Shown here in pieces: positions 62,645 to 64,000 of a DNA stretch of 64,000 nt. The notes below the pieces were generated by a model, which saw nothing but the letters and a program-made list of their open reading frames with translations, was not told where the DNA came from and did not search any database. This stretch comes from Somniosus microcephalus (Eukaryota). Within the stretch, counting starts at the first letter, position 1; each line of letters opens with the position of its first letter. The DNA is taken from the NCBI GenBank assembly GCA_052327205.1, contig CM126223.1, forward strand, positions 68,138,001 to 68,202,000, read 5' to 3'. A program made the position numbers and the translations under genes.

Positions 62645-63412
62645 TGCACCTTAAAATGTATAACAAATTCGTTTGAATTAACATAATTATATGTGCAACT
62701 CATGGTCAATCTCTTCTGGCCAACCAGCAACAAGTGATGTACCTCAGTCTAATCAAATATAGTACAACCTTCCAAAATTGTGAATACCGTATACAGAAGG
62801 TAACTTAAAACCCAAATTGTACTTTTACATGAATGAAATAAATTGCTCCATATATCATTTAACCAAAGTACTTAAATGAAAAATACTAGATATCAGACTT
62901 AGTACAGAACTTATAACACATGTATTGTAGAATTTTGTAAATTAATGCACAAGGCCACAAATTAGAAAATGAATATATATATATATATATAAACCTTACT
63001 ATTGATGGGTGAGAAATTATCCTGCCGAATAATAAAGTTTACAATTATATTCAGATAAAATGGAGACATATTTTAAAACAATAGGTATAATGATTAATTA
63101 CACAAGACATAAATGGTTTCCATACAACATAGGAAACGAATGTTTCTAAATATAAACTTTTTAAGTTGGAAAGTTCTTTTCCACCAATCTACAGGAAGTG
63201 ATACTTCAGAGTCATCAATATAGATTAATAATGACCCATTTCTTTCTTCTAAATGAATACAGTAAAAAAATATTTTACAGTTCTATATACTCTCATAGGG
63301 CCACCTTAAACATTCATTCCCTCCACCACTGGCGCACCGTGGCTGCAGTGTGTACCATCTACAAGATGCACTGCAGCAACTCGCCAAGGCTTCTTCGGCA
63401 GCACCTCCCAAA

Positions 63413-64000
63413 AACCTCATATGCTTATGGAGGGAGTCACAGCACGCAGGGAGGTTCTCTTCCCTTCCAATGGGCGGAAGAGGCTTCTCCAGGATATCAA
63501 TGCAGCCTGGTTGCACATTGCACAGGAGGGCACAAGCAGGGATGTCATCAGGAGGACCAGGCTGCAGTGGCGCAAACCTTTCAATGATCTCAGTAGATCA
63601 CAAAACGTTACTGCAAAGCCACACTCAACCTCATCCTGCTGTGCCACTCATCACATCCCCATCCCTACCCTGCTCCTGCACATCCTTACTCACACCAAGT
63701 TACCTTGCACCTCCACCCATCCCTCTCTACATTATCACTTCCCCATCTCACTAGCCACCCCTCACACTCACCCTCATCCTAGCCAAATCATAACAACGAA
63801 CAATACACAAGAGTAGGCACTTGGGTGTTTTATGCAAACTTCATGTAAAGTTTCTGTTAATGTGGTGTCAAACATTGAAACCTTTATTTTCAGCACTTCT
63901 TGGACAGATCTGTGTGCACCTTTGGAAGTGGCTTAGTGAGTTGCAGTGAATGGTGAGACGTAACAGTACCCCCACCCCCACAATGGTGATCAGTGTGAAA
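63413..64000 (+). mobile_element. Harbinger Myb/SANT gene fragment (5'-truncated) and downstream intron-like sequence, running off the window
   Basis: ORF 63421.. MLMEGVTARREVLFPSNGRKR...AWLHIAQE...RRTRLQWRKPFNDL, homologous to the Myb exon at 45.0-45.2 kb. Confidence 0.8.

Larger units (their letters stand above)
57570..63412 (-). repeat. Right arm of the inverted duplication, split by an LTR retrotransposon
   Basis: 57570-57869 and 62650-63412 are the reverse complement of 55825 back to 54757, with ~120 extra bp at ~63075-63195. Confidence 0.92.

Noticed and set aside
54757-63412. Long-TIR DNA transposon (Polinton/foldback) explanation for the inverted repeat
   Set aside because: The outer boundary falls inside a LINE fragment that continues only on the left, there is no TSD or terminal motif, and the spacer has no transposon genes.

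Overview
Eukaryotic, repeat-dense, non-coding DNA. The repeat families (SacSINE1-like Deu-domain SINEs, HER1-type CR1, Penelope, Harbinger MITEs) point to a cartilaginous fish, which is an inference. I found no recognisable host protein-coding exon, RNA gene or CRISPR array. Nearly all long ORFs belong to transposable elements. These are three Gypsy/Mag-like LTR retrotransposons plus a solo LTR, a near full-length CR1 and many CR1 fragments, Rex1, L2, Tx1 and Crack-like LINE pieces, Penelope-like ends carrying hammerhead-ribozyme motifs, two Harbinger relics, about 8 Harbinger-type MITEs and 2 Tigger-like MITEs. The most unusual structure is a ~1.07 kb block (54757-55825) copied in inverted orientation at 57570-63412. 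The copy appears to sit inside a Harbinger element, between a TIR-like end and a 5'-truncated Myb/SANT ORF, and was later split by a full-length LTR element. A second Harbinger relic (43.1-45.5 kb) also holds an inverted filler copy. Retroelements are strongly biased to the minus strand. Ends supported by TSDs were read base by base; other boundaries are approximate. Family names come from recall of sequence motifs, not from database searches.
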